Under the pieces are notes generated by a model. It saw nothing but the letters and a program-made list of their open reading frames with translations, was not told the origin of the DNA and made no database searches. The position numbers and the translations under genes were made by a program. Positions 20,726 through 30,552 of a stretch of DNA of 64,000 bases are shown here, in pieces. Source of the stretch: an uncultured cyanobacterium (lineage in GTDB: Bacteria > Cyanobacteriota > Cyanobacteriia > PCC-6307 > Cyanobiaceae); contig CAVONQ010000002.1 in NCBI GenBank assembly GCA_963697335.1, positions 128,001 to 192,000 of the forward strand, given 5' to 3'. Position 1 is the stretch's first letter, and each line of letters opens with the position of its first letter.

Positions 20726-21421
20726 ATGGAGAACCCCCCCGGCGCCCGGTTTGAGCCACGACGGCGGCAGCTGGTGGTGGCCGTGGATGGCCACAGCATG
20801 TTTTATGCGCAGCAGAAGCTGGGCTGGTTCTTCGATCCGCGCCGGCTGCTGGCCCATGCCGCCGCGCAACCGGGCCTGGAGCTGGCCGGCGCCTTCTGGT
20901 ACGCGGGGCTCAAGGACCCATCCGACCAGCGCCCCTTCCGCGATGCCCTCACCAGCCTGGGCTTCACGGTGCGGACCCGGCCTCTGCGGGAGCTCTCTTC
21001 CGCGGCTCCGCCCACTCCGGCGCCGGCGCCGGCGGCCGCTATGGCAGCCGATGATCCTGGGCGTCGCCCCCCCCCGCCCAGGCCCGTGGAACTGAGGTCC
21101 CCGGAACCGAGGCCCCTCGAGCCCCGGCCAGTGGAGCAGAAGCAGTTCGTGCGCGCCAACCTCGATGTGGAGGTGGCCCTGGATCTGATGATGGTGGCGC
21201 CGCGCACCGATGTGGTGTGGCTGCTGAGCGGCAGCCGCGACCTGGACCGGCTGGTGGAGGTGCTGCGGGCCCAGGGACTGCGCATCACCCTGATCAGCAC
21301 CGAGGGCATGGTGGCGCGGGAGCTGCGCAATGCCGCCGATGGGTTTGTGGATCTGGCCAGCCTGCGGCCCTTGCTGGAGAAGGCCGAATCGCTGCAGCAG
21401 CCGGTGTTCCTGCGCAGCTGA
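20726..21421 (+). CDS. NYN/LabA (DUF88) PIN-like domain protein with a Pro-rich insert
   Basis: VDGHSMFYAQQKLGW, ANLDVEVALD, LLSGSRDL, ARELRNAAD. Confidence 0.88.
   Translation: MENPPGARFEPRRRQLVVAVDGHSMFYAQQKLGWFFDPRRLLAHAAAQPGLELAGAFWYAGLKDPSDQRPFRDALTSLGFTVRTRPLRELSSAAPPTPAPAPAAAMAADDPGRRPPPPRPVELRSPEPRPLEPRPVEQKQFVRANLDVEVALDLMMVAPRTDVVWLLSGSRDLDRLVEVLRAQGLRITLISTEGMVARELRNAADGFVDLASLRPLLEKAESLQQPVFLRS
21077..21136 (+). repeat. Four imperfect 15-nt tandem repeats (PRPVE/LRSPE/PRPLE/PRPVE) preceded by a C9 run
   Basis: CCCAGGCCCGTGGAA CTGAGGTCCCCGGAA CCGAGGCCCCTCGAG CCCCGGCCAGTGGAG. Confidence 0.75.
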
Positions 21422-21445
21422 AGGGGGCGGCGCCCTGCCAGCCCA

Positions 21446-21451
21446 TACAAT
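21446..21451 (+). promoter_or_regulatory. Putative -10 box for leuA
   Basis: TACAAT in an AT-rich intergenic patch about 40 nt upstream of the ATG. Confidence 0.55.
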
Positions 21452-21488
21452 GCATTAACTCATAGTCACTACGGATAGAGCCGCCGTT

Positions 21489-23132
21489 ATGGCCCGCGAC
21501 CCAGGCCGTGTCCTGATCTTTGACACCACGCTGCGCGATGGCGAGCAGTCCCCCGGTGCCAGCCTCAACCTGGAGGAGAAGCTGGCCATTGCCCAGCAGC
21601 TGGCCCGGCTGGGGGTGGACATCATCGAGGCCGGCTTCCCCTTCGCCAGCCCCGGCGACTTCAACGCCGTGCAGCGCATCGCCGAGAGCGTCGGCAGCCC
21701 CGAGGGGCCGGTGATCTGCGGCCTGGCCCGGGCCGCCGCCGGCGACATCAAGGCCTGCGCCGACGCCGTGGCCCCCGCCGCCCGCCGCCGCATCCACACC
21801 TTCATCGCCACCAGCGACATCCACCTGGAGCACAAGCTGCGCAAGAGCCGCGCCGAGGTGCTGGCGATCACCGCCGAGATGGTGGACTACGCCCGCTCGC
21901 TGGTGGACGACGTGGAGTTCTCCTGCGAGGACGCCGGCCGCAGCGACCCCGCGTTCATGTATGAGGTGATCGAGGCCGCCATCGCCGCCGGCGCCACCAC
22001 GATCAACATCCCGGACACGGTGGGCTACACCACCCCGGCCGAGTTCGGCGAACTGATCGCCGGCATCAACGCCCAGGTGCCCAACATCGACCAGGCCGTG
22101 ATCTCCGTGCACGGCCACAACGACCTCGGCCTGGCGGTGGCCAACTTCCTCGAGGCGGTCAAGAACGGCGCCCGCCAGCTCGAGTGCACGATCAATGGCA
22201 TCGGCGAGCGGGCCGGCAACGCCTCCCTGGAGGAGCTGGTGATGGCGCTGCATGTGCGCCGCACCTACTTCAATCCCTTCCTGGGGCGTCCTGCCGAGAG
22301 CAGCGAGCCGCTCACGGCGGTGCGCACGGTGGAGATCACCAAGACCTCGCGGCTGGTGAGCAACCTCACCGGCATGGCCGTGCAGCCCAACAAGGCGATT
22401 GTGGGCGCCAATGCCTTTGCCCATGAGTCGGGCATCCACCAGGACGGGGTGCTCAAGAACCCGCTCACCTACGAGATCATCGATGCCCGCACCGTGGGTC
22501 TGGCGGACAACCGCCTCTCCCTGGGCAAGCTCAGCGGCCGCAGCGCCTTCCGCGCCCGCCTGGAGGAGCTGGGCTACGAGCTCGACCGGGACGACCTCGA
22601 CGACGCCTTCGCCCGCTTCAAGGAGCTCGCCGATCGCAAGCGCGAGATCACCGACCGCGACCTCGAGGCGATCGTGAGTGAGCAGGTGCAGCAGTATGAC
22701 GAGGGGCGCTTCAGCCTCAAGAGCGTGCAGGTGAGCTGCGGCACGGGGCTGCAGCCCACCGCCACCGTGACCCTGCTCACCGCCGACGGCGCCGAGATCA
22801 GCGAGGCCTGCATCGGCACCGGGCCCGTGGATGCCGTGTGTCAGGCGCTCAACAATCTGGCCCGGGTGCCGAATGCCCTGGTGGAGTTCTCGGTGAAGAG
22901 CGTCACCGAGGGGATCGATGCCATGGGCGAGGTGACGATCCGGCTGCGGCATGACGGGGTGCTCTATTCCGGCCATGCCGCCGACACCGACATCGTGGTG
23001 GCCTCAGCCCAGGCCTTCGTGAATGCCCTCAACCGGCTGGTGTCAGGCAGCCAGAGCCAGCCGCTGCATCCCCAGAAGGCGCCCCTGCCCCAGCTCGGCG
23101 ATCTGCCCCTGGCCGATCGGCCCAGGGTGTAG
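21489..23132 (+). CDS. leuA: 2-isopropylmalate synthase
   Basis: [41 protein letters not shown] regulatory domain. Confidence 0.97.
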   Translation: MARDPGRVLIFDTTLRDGEQSPGASLNLEEKLAIAQQLARLGVDIIEAGFPFASPGDFNAVQRIAESVGSPEGPVICGLARAAAGDIKACADAVAPAARRRIHTFIATSDIHLEHKLRKSRAEVLAITAEMVDYARSLVDDVEFSCEDAGRSDPAFMYEVIEAAIAAGATTINIPDTVGYTTPAEFGELIAGINAQVPNIDQAVISVHGHNDLGLAVANFLEAVKNGARQLECTINGIGERAGNASLEELVMALHVRRTYFNPFLGRPAESSEPLTAVRTVEITKTSRLVSNLTGMAVQPNKAIVGANAFAHESGIHQDGVLKNPLTYEIIDARTVGLADNRLSLGKLSGRSAFRARLEELGYELDRDDLDDAFARFKELADRKREITDRDLEAIVSEQVQQYDEGRFSLKSVQVSCGTGLQPTATVTLLTADGAEISEACIGTGPVDAVCQALNNLARVPNALVEFSVKSVTEGIDAMGEVTIRLRHDGVLYSGHAADTDIVVASAQAFVNALNRLVSGSQSQPLHPQKAPLPQLGDLPLADRPRV

Positions 23133-23135
23133 GCG

Positions 23136-23984
23136 ATGGGCTCCCCCTCTCCCGGCCAGGGCCGTTCCCTGCTGAGCTCAGCCCTGCAGCTGGGGCTGCT
23201 GCTGCTGGTGGCCCTGGCCATGCTGGTGCCGCTGCTGTGGCTGGTGAGCACCTCCCTGAAGGGCCCCGCCGAGAACATCTTCACCAGCCCGCCGGCCCTG
23301 CTGCCCGCCGAACCCAGCCTGGAGGCCTACCAGCGGCTGTTCGCCGACAACCCGATGGTCACCTACCTGCTGAACAGCACGGTGGTGAGTGCCCTGGCGG
23401 TGCTGGCCAACCTGCTGTTCTGCTCCCTGGCGGCCTACCCCCTGGCCCGCCTGCGCTTTGCGGGCCGGGGCCTGGTGCTGGCCCTGGTGGTGGCCACGAT
23501 CCTGATCCCCTTTCAGGTGGTGATGATCCCCCTCTACCTGCTGATGGTGCAGATCGGTCTGCGCAACACCCTCTGGGCCCTGATCATCCCCCAGGCCGCC
23601 ACCGCCTTCGGCATCTTCCTGCTGCGCCAGAGCTTTCTGGGGGTGCCGGTGGAGCTGGAGGAGGCGGCCCGCAGCGACGGCTGCACGCGCCTGGGGGAGT
23701 GGTGGAACGTGATGATCCCCGCCGCCCGGGCCGATCTGATCACCCTGGCGATGTTCGTGTTCATCGGCACCTGGAGCGACTTCCTCTGGCCCCTGGTGAT
23801 CCTCGATGAGCCCAGCCTCTACACCCTGCCCCTGGGCCTGCAACAGCTGGCCAGCAGCTTCTCGCTCGACTGGCGCCTGGTGGCGGCGGGGGCTGTGGTG
23901 TCGATCCTGCCGGTGCTGGCCCTGTTCATTGCCCTGCAGCGCTACATCCTGCCCAATGCCAGCGGCGACGCAGTGAAGGGCTGA
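23136..23984 (+). CDS. Carbohydrate ABC transporter permease
   Basis: Multiple TM helices; EAA loop ELEEAARSDG; WSDFLWPL. Confidence 0.93.
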   Translation: MGSPSPGQGRSLLSSALQLGLLLLVALAMLVPLLWLVSTSLKGPAENIFTSPPALLPAEPSLEAYQRLFADNPMVTYLLNSTVVSALAVLANLLFCSLAAYPLARLRFAGRGLVLALVVATILIPFQVVMIPLYLLMVQIGLRNTLWALIIPQAATAFGIFLLRQSFLGVPVELEEAARSDGCTRLGEWWNVMIPAARADLITLAMFVFIGTWSDFLWPLVILDEPSLYTLPLGLQQLASSFSLDWRLVAAGAVVSILPVLALFIALQRYILPNASGDAVKG

Positions 23985-24003
23985 GGCCGGCGAACCCTGG
24001 CGC

Positions 24004-24447
24004 TCAGGGCTGGGGCGCTTCCGGCGCCGCCGCTGGTTCCGGGGTGGCCGCGGGGGGCTTCGGAGTGGCCGGTGGCGTGGGCCTGGCCGGGGAAACGGCA
24101 GCGGAGCTGCGCTTGATCTGCCGCAGTTCAGCCTTGAGGGCTTCGGCCTCGGCACTGAGCACGTCGATGCGGGAGGAGTTGCGCTCCACCACCTGCAGCC
24201 GCTCCACGGTGGAGCGCAGCTGCTCCTCCATGCCGGTGGTGCGATCCAGGGCACGGCTGTTTTCCAGCCCCTGCAGGCGCTCCTGCAGCTCCAGGATCTG
24301 CACGCCCTGCTGGCGCGTCTTCCCCACCATCACCAGGAACAGCACGGCCAGCAGCACCGTGCTGCCGGCCTGCAGCCAGTTGACCCAGTCAGGCAGCTGG
24401 GGGAGGGGCCGGATCTTGGAAGCCGAAGCACCTGGGAACGGGGCCAT
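24004..24447 (-). CDS. Hypothetical protein with one TM helix, a coiled coil and a Pro-rich tail
   Basis: WLQAGSTVLLAVLFLVMV then heptad-like ILELQERLQGLE; ATG at 24447. Confidence 0.7.
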   Translation of the reverse strand: MAPFPGASASKIRPLPQLPDWVNWLQAGSTVLLAVLFLVMVGKTRQQGVQILELQERLQGLENSRALDRTTGMEEQLRSTVERLQVVERNSSRIDVLSAEAEALKAELRQIKRSSAAVSPARPTPPATPKPPAATPEPAAAPEAPQP

Positions 24448-24581
24448 CGAGAACGTCTCCTGCTGTTGACGGGCCGCGCAAACAATCCTGGCGGATCGCC
24501 CGGGTGCCTGCATCCTCTCAGGGGGAAGGGGGCAGGCTCGGCGGGTGGCGATCGCCTGGCGGCCACCTTCCCCTTCGCCTA

Positions 24582-24756
24582 CTACCTCATCGAGACGATG
24601 TCGTCTTGCCAAGGGGTCAAGGCCGCCTCACCAGCGGGTGTGTAGTGCCGCAGGTTGCGCGTCACCTCCGTGAGGCCATGTTCCAGCCCAGCGGCGAGCC
24701 GCGCCAAGTTCCACCGGCAGCAGGCGATCGCCATACAGCGGCAGCAGCTGTTTCAG
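24582..24756 (-). pseudogene. Remnant of a PIN/VapC (FitB-like) toxin gene
   Basis: Manual translation LKQLLPLYGDRLLPVELGAARRW, then in a shifted frame LEHGLTEVTRNLRHYTPAGEAALTPW; N-terminus and the central D-x-x-IAA segment are missing. Confidence 0.72.
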
Positions 24757-24758
24757 TG

Positions 24759-24784
24759 TCGCGTCATGCCATGGCATGACGCGA
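24759..24784. repeat. Perfect 26-bp palindrome
   Basis: TCGCGTCATGCCATGGCATGACGCGA equals its own reverse complement. Confidence 0.95.
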
Positions 24785-24819
24785 AGGTCCTGAGGATTCC
24801 GGCCACACTGCCGCTATGA

Positions 24820-25134
24820 AAGGTCTGGGCGGAGGACCAGGCAGCTCCCGTGCCTTCCCTGCAGTAGGTGGCGCTGTTCGGCAGCTACGGCCGGGCCAGC
24901 GGTGGGGTGGGCAGCGTCCTGGATCTGCTGTTGATCGACGCCCGCGCCAGCGGGAGCCAGCAGCAGAGGTTGCTCTGCTGGCAGCTGGAGTTGCTCCCCC
25001 TAAGCTGCGATGCAGTGGTGCTCACCCTGGCCGAACACGAGGCGCTGCTGGGGGCTGGATCACGCTTCGCCACCGAGCTCCACCGCGATACCCGCTGGGT
25101 GTGGTGCCGTCAGCCTTCCGATCCACACCCATGA
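24820..25134 (+). pseudogene. Decayed minimal nucleotidyltransferase (MNT, pol-beta-like) gene
   Basis: KVWAEDQAAPVPSLQ*VALFGSYGRASGGVGSVLDLLLID: in-frame TAG at 24865-24867; the first Asp of the DxD motif is replaced by Val. Confidence 0.75.
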
Positions 25135-26156
25135 CCATCCTCGTGACCGGCGGCGCCGGCTACATCGGCAGCCACACCGTGCGGGCCCTGCAGCGCGCCG
25201 GCCATCCCGTGCTGGTGCTCGACAACCTGGTGTATGGCCACCGGGTCATCGCCGAGCAGGTCCTGCAGGTGCCCCTGGTGGTGGGGCAGCTGGGTGATCG
25301 CCCCCTGCTCGATGCCCTGCTGCAGGGCTCCCATCCGCAGCTGCCGGCCGGGCCGGTGCGGGCCGTGCTCCACTTCGCCGCCTACGCCTACGTGGGCGAG
25401 AGCGTGGTGGATCCCGCCCGCTACTACCGCAACAACCTGGGCGACACCCTGGTGTTGCTGGAGGCGCTGCACGCCGAGGCCGGGCGCCGCGGCCAGCCGA
25501 TCCCGCTGGTGTTCAGCTCCACCTGCGCCACCTACGGCATCCCCGCCGCCGACCAGATTCCGATCCATGAGCGCTGCCCCCAGGCGCCGATCAATCCCTA
25601 CGGCCGCAGCAAGTGGATGGTGGAGCAGCTGCTGGCTGATTTCGGCGCTGCCTACGGCCAGCCCAGCGTGATCTTCCGCTACTTCAACGCCGCCGGTGCC
25701 GATCCCGCCGCCGACCTCGGCGAAGACCACGACCCCGAAACCCACCTCATCCCCCTGGTGCTCGAGGCCCTGGCCGGCCGCCGCGACGGCCTTCAGGTGT
25801 TCGGCCGCGACTACCCCACCCCCGATGGCACCTGCATCCGCGACTACATCCACGTGGCCGACCTGGCCGCCGCCCACGTGCTCGGCCTGGAGCGGCTCCT
25901 TGCCCAGGGCGGCCAGCACACCTACAACCTCGGCACCGGCAGCGGCTATTCCGTGCAGCAGGTGATCGATGCGGCCTGCAAGCACACCGGCTGCAGCCTC
26001 CGCGTCGTCGACGCGCCCCGCCGCCCCGGCGATCCCGCCGAGCTGGTGGCCGATGCCTCCCTGGCGATGGCGGAGCTGGGCTGGAAACCCCAGCGCTCGG
26101 ATCTGGCCACGATCCTGGCCGACGCCTGGGCCTGGCACCAGCGCCGCCGGGGCTGA
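25131..26156 (+). CDS. galE: UDP-glucose 4-epimerase
   Basis: TGGAGYIGSH, HFAAYAYVGES, FSSTCATYG, YGRSK, RYFNAAGA, DGTCIRDYIHV. Confidence 0.96.
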   Translation: MTILVTGGAGYIGSHTVRALQRAGHPVLVLDNLVYGHRVIAEQVLQVPLVVGQLGDRPLLDALLQGSHPQLPAGPVRAVLHFAAYAYVGESVVDPARYYRNNLGDTLVLLEALHAEAGRRGQPIPLVFSSTCATYGIPAADQIPIHERCPQAPINPYGRSKWMVEQLLADFGAAYGQPSVIFRYFNAAGADPAADLGEDHDPETHLIPLVLEALAGRRDGLQVFGRDYPTPDGTCIRDYIHVADLAAAHVLGLERLLAQGGQHTYNLGTGSGYSVQQVIDAACKHTGCSLRVVDAPRRPGDPAELVADASLAMAELGWKPQRSDLATILADAWAWHQRRRG

Positions 26157-26161
26157 GCGCT

Positions 26162-26596
26162 TCAGCTCAGCGCCAGCCGTTGCAAGCCCCGAAAACGCTC
26201 GAAATCCCGATCGAAACTCACCAGGCGCCAGCCGTTGGCCATGGCCAGCGCGGCCAGGTAGGCATCGGTGCAGAGCCGTGGGGGCAGGTCTCCCTGGCGC
26301 AACAGCCGGTGGAACACCTCCCAGCCGTCATGCTCTGGTGCGGCCAGCGCCACGCCTGGTTGACGGCAAAACGCTAAGAGCAGCGCCGAGGCTTCGGCGC
26401 TGCTCTTCACGGCAGTACCCATCAGCTTGGGCTGACTCAGAAGGCGCACCAGCCCAAGGGCCGTCACGGTGCAGAACAGCACCTGTTCAGCCGCCTGCTG
26501 TTCCCAGTAGTGCAGGGCCTGGCGGTGGTGGAGATGGTCAGTGGCGGCTAGAGCCAGCCACACATTGAGATCCGGCAGGTCGGTGCTGGTGCTCAC
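26162..26596 (-). CDS. vapC: VapC-family PIN-domain ribonuclease toxin
   Basis: PDLNVWLAL, HLHH, TDAYLAALA, LVSFDRDFERF. Confidence 0.9.
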   Translation of the reverse strand: MSTSTDLPDLNVWLALAATDHLHHRQALHYWEQQAAEQVLFCTVTALGLVRLLSQPKLMGTAVKSSAEASALLLAFCRQPGVALAAPEHDGWEVFHRLLRQGDLPPRLCTDAYLAALAMANGWRLVSFDRDFERFRGLQRLALS

Positions 26597-26832
26597 GGGT
26601 CGAGCAGCTCGAACAGCCCTGCATTGCTGCAGTGCTCACGGCCCAGCCTCAGGGGGCCGTCCAGGCGCGGCAGCTCGGCGGCGGAACGGCCACGCGGGGG
26701 AACGTCTTGAACGGTGCTGAGCCCCTGCTCCACGTAGCTGCGCAGCAGTTGTTTGAGCGTCATGCGCTGGCTGGCCGCCCGCGCCTTCAGCCTTTCGAAG
26801 AGCGGATCCGGAAGATCCAGCGTCGTGCGCAT
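26593..26832 (-). CDS. vapB: VapB-like ribbon-helix-helix antitoxin
   Basis: MRTTLDLPDPLFERLKARAA; 4-nt GTGA overlap with the toxin. Confidence 0.88.
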   Translation of the reverse strand: MRTTLDLPDPLFERLKARAASQRMTLKQLLRSYVEQGLSTVQDVPPRGRSAAELPRLDGPLRLGREHCSNAGLFELLDP

Positions 26833-26844
26833 ACCCACCCCGGT

Positions 26845-26870
26845 GATGTGTGCGCATCTTAGTGCGCATC
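26845..26870 (-). promoter_or_regulatory. Putative vapBC promoter/operator
   Basis: Minus strand GATGCGCAC-TAA-GATGCGCAC-ACATC: direct repeats plus a GATG-N6-CATC dyad overlapping -10-like TAAGAT. Confidence 0.65.
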
Positions 26871-28389
26871 AACCGCAACCCCATGGCGCTCAGCGGCGGC
26901 CTCCACCAGCCGTTGCTCGGTGGCCCGGTACACCGCCTCCGCCTCCGCGGCACTGCGGCCGATGCAGGTCATGCCGAGCTTGCCGTACTCCGAGAGGCAG
27001 CCCAGCAGATGAAACACGCTGCCGCGCAGCTGGGCCGGGTCGTAGTGCAGGCCCGCTTCCGCCACGATGTCGATCAGGTCGATCGGCAGCAGGCCGCGCA
27101 GCTCAGGAGCGCAGAAGTTATCGGTGGCGCGGTAGTGCAGCGCGGCGCCGGTGGGGGAGCGGTAGAGCCCATCGCTGGGGTCGAGCCGGCCGCTGGTGAT
27201 CGCGTTCAGGGCCATGTAGGGGTGGGTGGTGCCCCCCTGGCGCAGGTTGATCTCGATCGCCTGTAGCTCCCAGTGGCTGCCGAAGCGCCGGGCGATGAAG
27301 TCCACCGCAAAGCGCTCCAGGGCTCCCTCGGCGGCCAGGGCCCGGCCGATGGCCAGCCCATGGGCCATCAGCTCCCGGCGGTAGGCCTCGGCGGCGGGGA
27401 AGCAGCAGCCCAGGTAGGTCTGGCCGCTGGCCCCCCCCAGCACCTGCTCGTGGGTGGAGAGCACCTCCACGGCGCCGGGCCTGCCGCCTGTTCCCGGATG
27501 GATGATCCCCTGAACGCTGGGGGAGCGCAGGGCCTCACCCCCCTGCAGCCAGGCCTCCACCAGGGCCCCCTGGTGGGCCATCAGCTCCTGCCAGCAGGGC
27601 GCCGTCATCGGCAGCTGCACCAGGGCCTCGCGCAGCAGTTGCTCGCCGCCGTGGCGCCGGGTGCTCGTGCAGCTGCAGTGGGGCCAGCTCCAGCAGGGCG
27701 TTGCCCTCGCCGCTGAAGCCCTCGTTGAGCTTCACCACGCAGCGCTCCAGCTCGGGATGCTGCTCCCAGAGCTCGGCCGTGGCCTCCGCCAGGCTGGCCA
27801 GGTCGAACACCAGCCCACTGCCGGGCGGGTGGGGCACGCCACAGCGCTGAAACAGGGTGCGGCTGCCGGCCTTGCTGCCCCAGTGCAGCAGGTGGGGGGA
27901 GGTGCCCAGCAGCGGCACCTGCAGGCGCTCCGAGAGCTGCCGCTCCAGGTCACTCACCACGAAACAGCTGATGAAGCTGCGGCCCGGCCGCAGCAGTTCG
28001 CCGATGCGGGCCAGCAGGGCCGGCCGCTCCAGCAACTTGGCGGTGAGGGGCCGGCCCGAGGCGTCGTCGGTGTCGAACAGGTGCAGGCGGCGGCGGGCAT
28101 GGGAGGTGGGCACCCCCGGCAGCAGCTCCAGCACCGCATCCACCACCAGCTCGGCCAGGGGCTTGCTGCTCGCATACACCATGCGTACCCCCGGGTGGCG
28201 CAGCCCGATCAGGGCGAACAGCTGCCGTTCCTCGTAGTGGTGCGACCCCGTGACCAGGGCCATCTGGCTCTGGTCCATCGAGAGCGAGGGCACCAGCAGC
28301 ACGTCCACCCCCGGCCCCAGGCCGCCGGTGGTGTAACCCCAGGAGGGCTGCAGTTGCCGCTGCAGCTCCACAAAGCTGAGCGCCGTCAT
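26859..28389 (-). pseudogene. PGM1-related ATP-grasp peptide ligase split by a frameshift near 27645 (possible sequencing error)
   Basis: N-half [29 protein letters not shown]-half SPSVQ, STHEQVLG, YLGCCFPA, AVDF, EINLRQGGTTHP in another frame. Confidence 0.82.
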
Positions 28390-28401
28390 CCCCGGCCCCC
28401 C

Positions 28402-30483
28402 TCAGGCACTGAAGGCTTTGCGGGGCGGGATGGGATAGGGGATGCGGCGATGGCGCATGCGCTTCCACACCCGCACGAAGGCCCGGATCAGCAGCTCCAG
28501 CTCGGCGCGGCTGATGCCGCTGCCCGCCAGTTGGCCATCCCGCTGGCGCGCCTCCAGGATGCGGCGCACCATCGTGCGCGCTTCGTCCTCATTGGTGCCG
28601 GGCGGCAGGGAGCGCAGGGCGGCTTCGCAGCCGTCGGCGAGCATCAGGATCGCCGTCTCGCGGCTGCGGGGGGTGGGGCCGCGGTAGCGAAAATCGGCCT
28701 CCCGCACCGAGGGGTCGCGCTCGCGGGCGTGGTGCAGGAAGTAGCCCATCTTGAGCGTGCCCTGGTGCTCGGGGATGAAGTCCGCCAGGGGCCGCGGCAG
28801 CCGGTAGCGGCGGGCCAGCTTCAGGCCTTCGTCCACGTGGGCCTGCAGGATGGCGGCGCTGGCGTAGGGGTCATCGAGGGCGTCGTGGGGATTGGCCCCC
28901 TCCTCCTGGTTCTCGATGAACCACTGGGGTCCGTGCAGCTTGCCCACGTCGTGGTACAGCGCCCCGGTGCGCACCAGATCCACGTCGGCGCCGATGCTGC
29001 GGGCCCCCTCCTCGGCCAGGCCCGCGATCATCAGGGTGTGCTCGAAGGTGCCGGGCGCCTCGCAGGAGAGCCGGCGCAGCAGGGGCCGCTCCAGGTCGGC
29101 CAGTTCCAGCAGCCGGGTGCGGGTCATCAGCCCGAAGAAGGTCTCCACCAGGGGGGCCAGCAGCAGGCCCGCCATCAGCAGCCCCGCCAGCAGCAGGGCT
29201 TCACTGAGCAGGTCGAACTGCCCCGGCTGGCCGCGGCCCTGCAGCAGCAGCCACTGCAGCAGCACGGCCCCGCCCGGCAGCAGCACGGCCAGCTGCAGCA
29301 GCTCGGCCCGGCTGCGCTGGCGGCCGGCGGTCACCGCCGCCACCGCCGCCGTGGCTGCGGCCAGCAGCAGGCGCAGGCCCAGCAGACCGCTCATCGGCAC
29401 CGGCCAGAGCAGGGTGGCGGCGGCCAGCCAGGCCAGGCCGCTGGCGGTGCCCAGGCCCTGGGCCAGCAGCAGGGTGGGCGGCACCAGCAGCACCATCGGG
29501 CTGGCGCCCGGGCCGAGCCAGAGGTGCACCCCCTGCACCGCCAGCAGGGTGCCCAGGGCGAGCATCGCCTGGCGCGGTTCGAGGCTGGGGCGCCAGCGGC
29601 GCAGCAGCAGCACCATGGCGCCGGTGATGGCCAGGCTCTCGAGGAAATGGGCCAGCCACACGAGCGGCCTGGCACGGCGGTTCACCAGGCCGAAATGGTC
29701 GAGCACGTCGAACACCTGGGCGTTGATCACCTCCCCCTGGCGCACCACCAGATCGCCTTTGCTGACGCTGATCGTGGGGATCCCCTGCTGGCTGATCAAC
29801 GCCTCGATGCGGCGTTGGCTGAGGGCCGGGTCGCTGCGCAGGTTGGTCTGGCCCTGCAGGCTCTGCACCACCAGCCGGGCGCCCAGGTCCCGGCCCTGTC
29901 CGCTCAGTTGATCCAGTTGCAACGAGGCGGCCTCCTGCAGCTGTCCCTCCGAGACCCCCGGCGCCAGCCCCTGGCTGAGCATGCGCAGCTGGGCCCGGCT
30001 CACCTCCCCCTGCCAGGCCGTGAGCTGGGCGCGGCTGAGCCCCCGCAGCCAGCGGCGTTCCTGCTCGCTGAGCGGCAGGGCCTCCACCCGGTCCTGGGCG
30101 CTGCCCAGCTGGTCCTGCATCAGCTCGAGCTGCGCGCCCAGCTGGGCGCGCAGGCGCAGGCTGGCCTCCCCATCCACCACCTGGACGGTGGTGCGGGGCA
30201 GCATCTGCTGGCGCCGCTCCTCCAGGGCCGTGCTGTCCACCACCTCGGCCGATTCAGGCGCCCGCACCGTGAACGGGGCGAGCATGCCGGGGCGCAGGCT
30301 CGGCTCCGCCAGCCACGACCAGCTGCTCAACACCGCCACCAGGGCGCACACCATCAGCACCGCCAGGCTGTCCTGGCCGCGCCAGCAGGCGGGTGGCTGG
30401 CGGGGGCGCTCCGTGCGCAGCCACTGGCGCCACAGGCTGCGCACCCAGCCGGGGATCTGGATCGTCGACTGCCGGCCACGCAT
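28402..30483 (-). CDS. 7TM-HD (HDIG) membrane phosphohydrolase, PgpH-like cyclic-dinucleotide phosphodiesterase
   Basis: Extracellular domain, multiple TMs, [38 protein letters not shown]. Confidence 0.9.
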   Translation of the reverse strand: MRGRQSTIQIPGWVRSLWRQWLRTERPRQPPACWRGQDSLAVLMVCALVAVLSSWSWLAEPSLRPGMLAPFTVRAPESAEVVDSTALEERRQQMLPRTTVQVVDGEASLRLRAQLGAQLELMQDQLGSAQDRVEALPLSEQERRWLRGLSRAQLTAWQGEVSRAQLRMLSQGLAPGVSEGQLQEAASLQLDQLSGQGRDLGARLVVQSLQGQTNLRSDPALSQRRIEALISQQGIPTISVSKGDLVVRQGEVINAQVFDVLDHFGLVNRRARPLVWLAHFLESLAITGAMVLLLRRWRPSLEPRQAMLALGTLLAVQGVHLWLGPGASPMVLLVPPTLLLAQGLGTASGLAWLAAATLLWPVPMSGLLGLRLLLAAATAAVAAVTAGRQRSRAELLQLAVLLPGGAVLLQWLLLQGRGQPGQFDLLSEALLLAGLLMAGLLLAPLVETFFGLMTRTRLLELADLERPLLRRLSCEAPGTFEHTLMIAGLAEEGARSIGADVDLVRTGALYHDVGKLHGPQWFIENQEEGANPHDALDDPYASAAILQAHVDEGLKLARRYRLPRPLADFIPEHQGTLKMGYFLHHARERDPSVREADFRYRGPTPRSRETAILMLADGCEAALRSLPPGTNEDEARTMVRRILEARQRDGQLAGSGISRAELELLIRAFVRVWKRMRHRRIPYPIPPRKAFSA

Positions 30484-30552
30484 GGTCTGACGCTAGCGAG
30501 GGGCGCTCGGGCGCCAGCATTGCAAGCTGGGGATTGCCCATCCCCTCGATCC

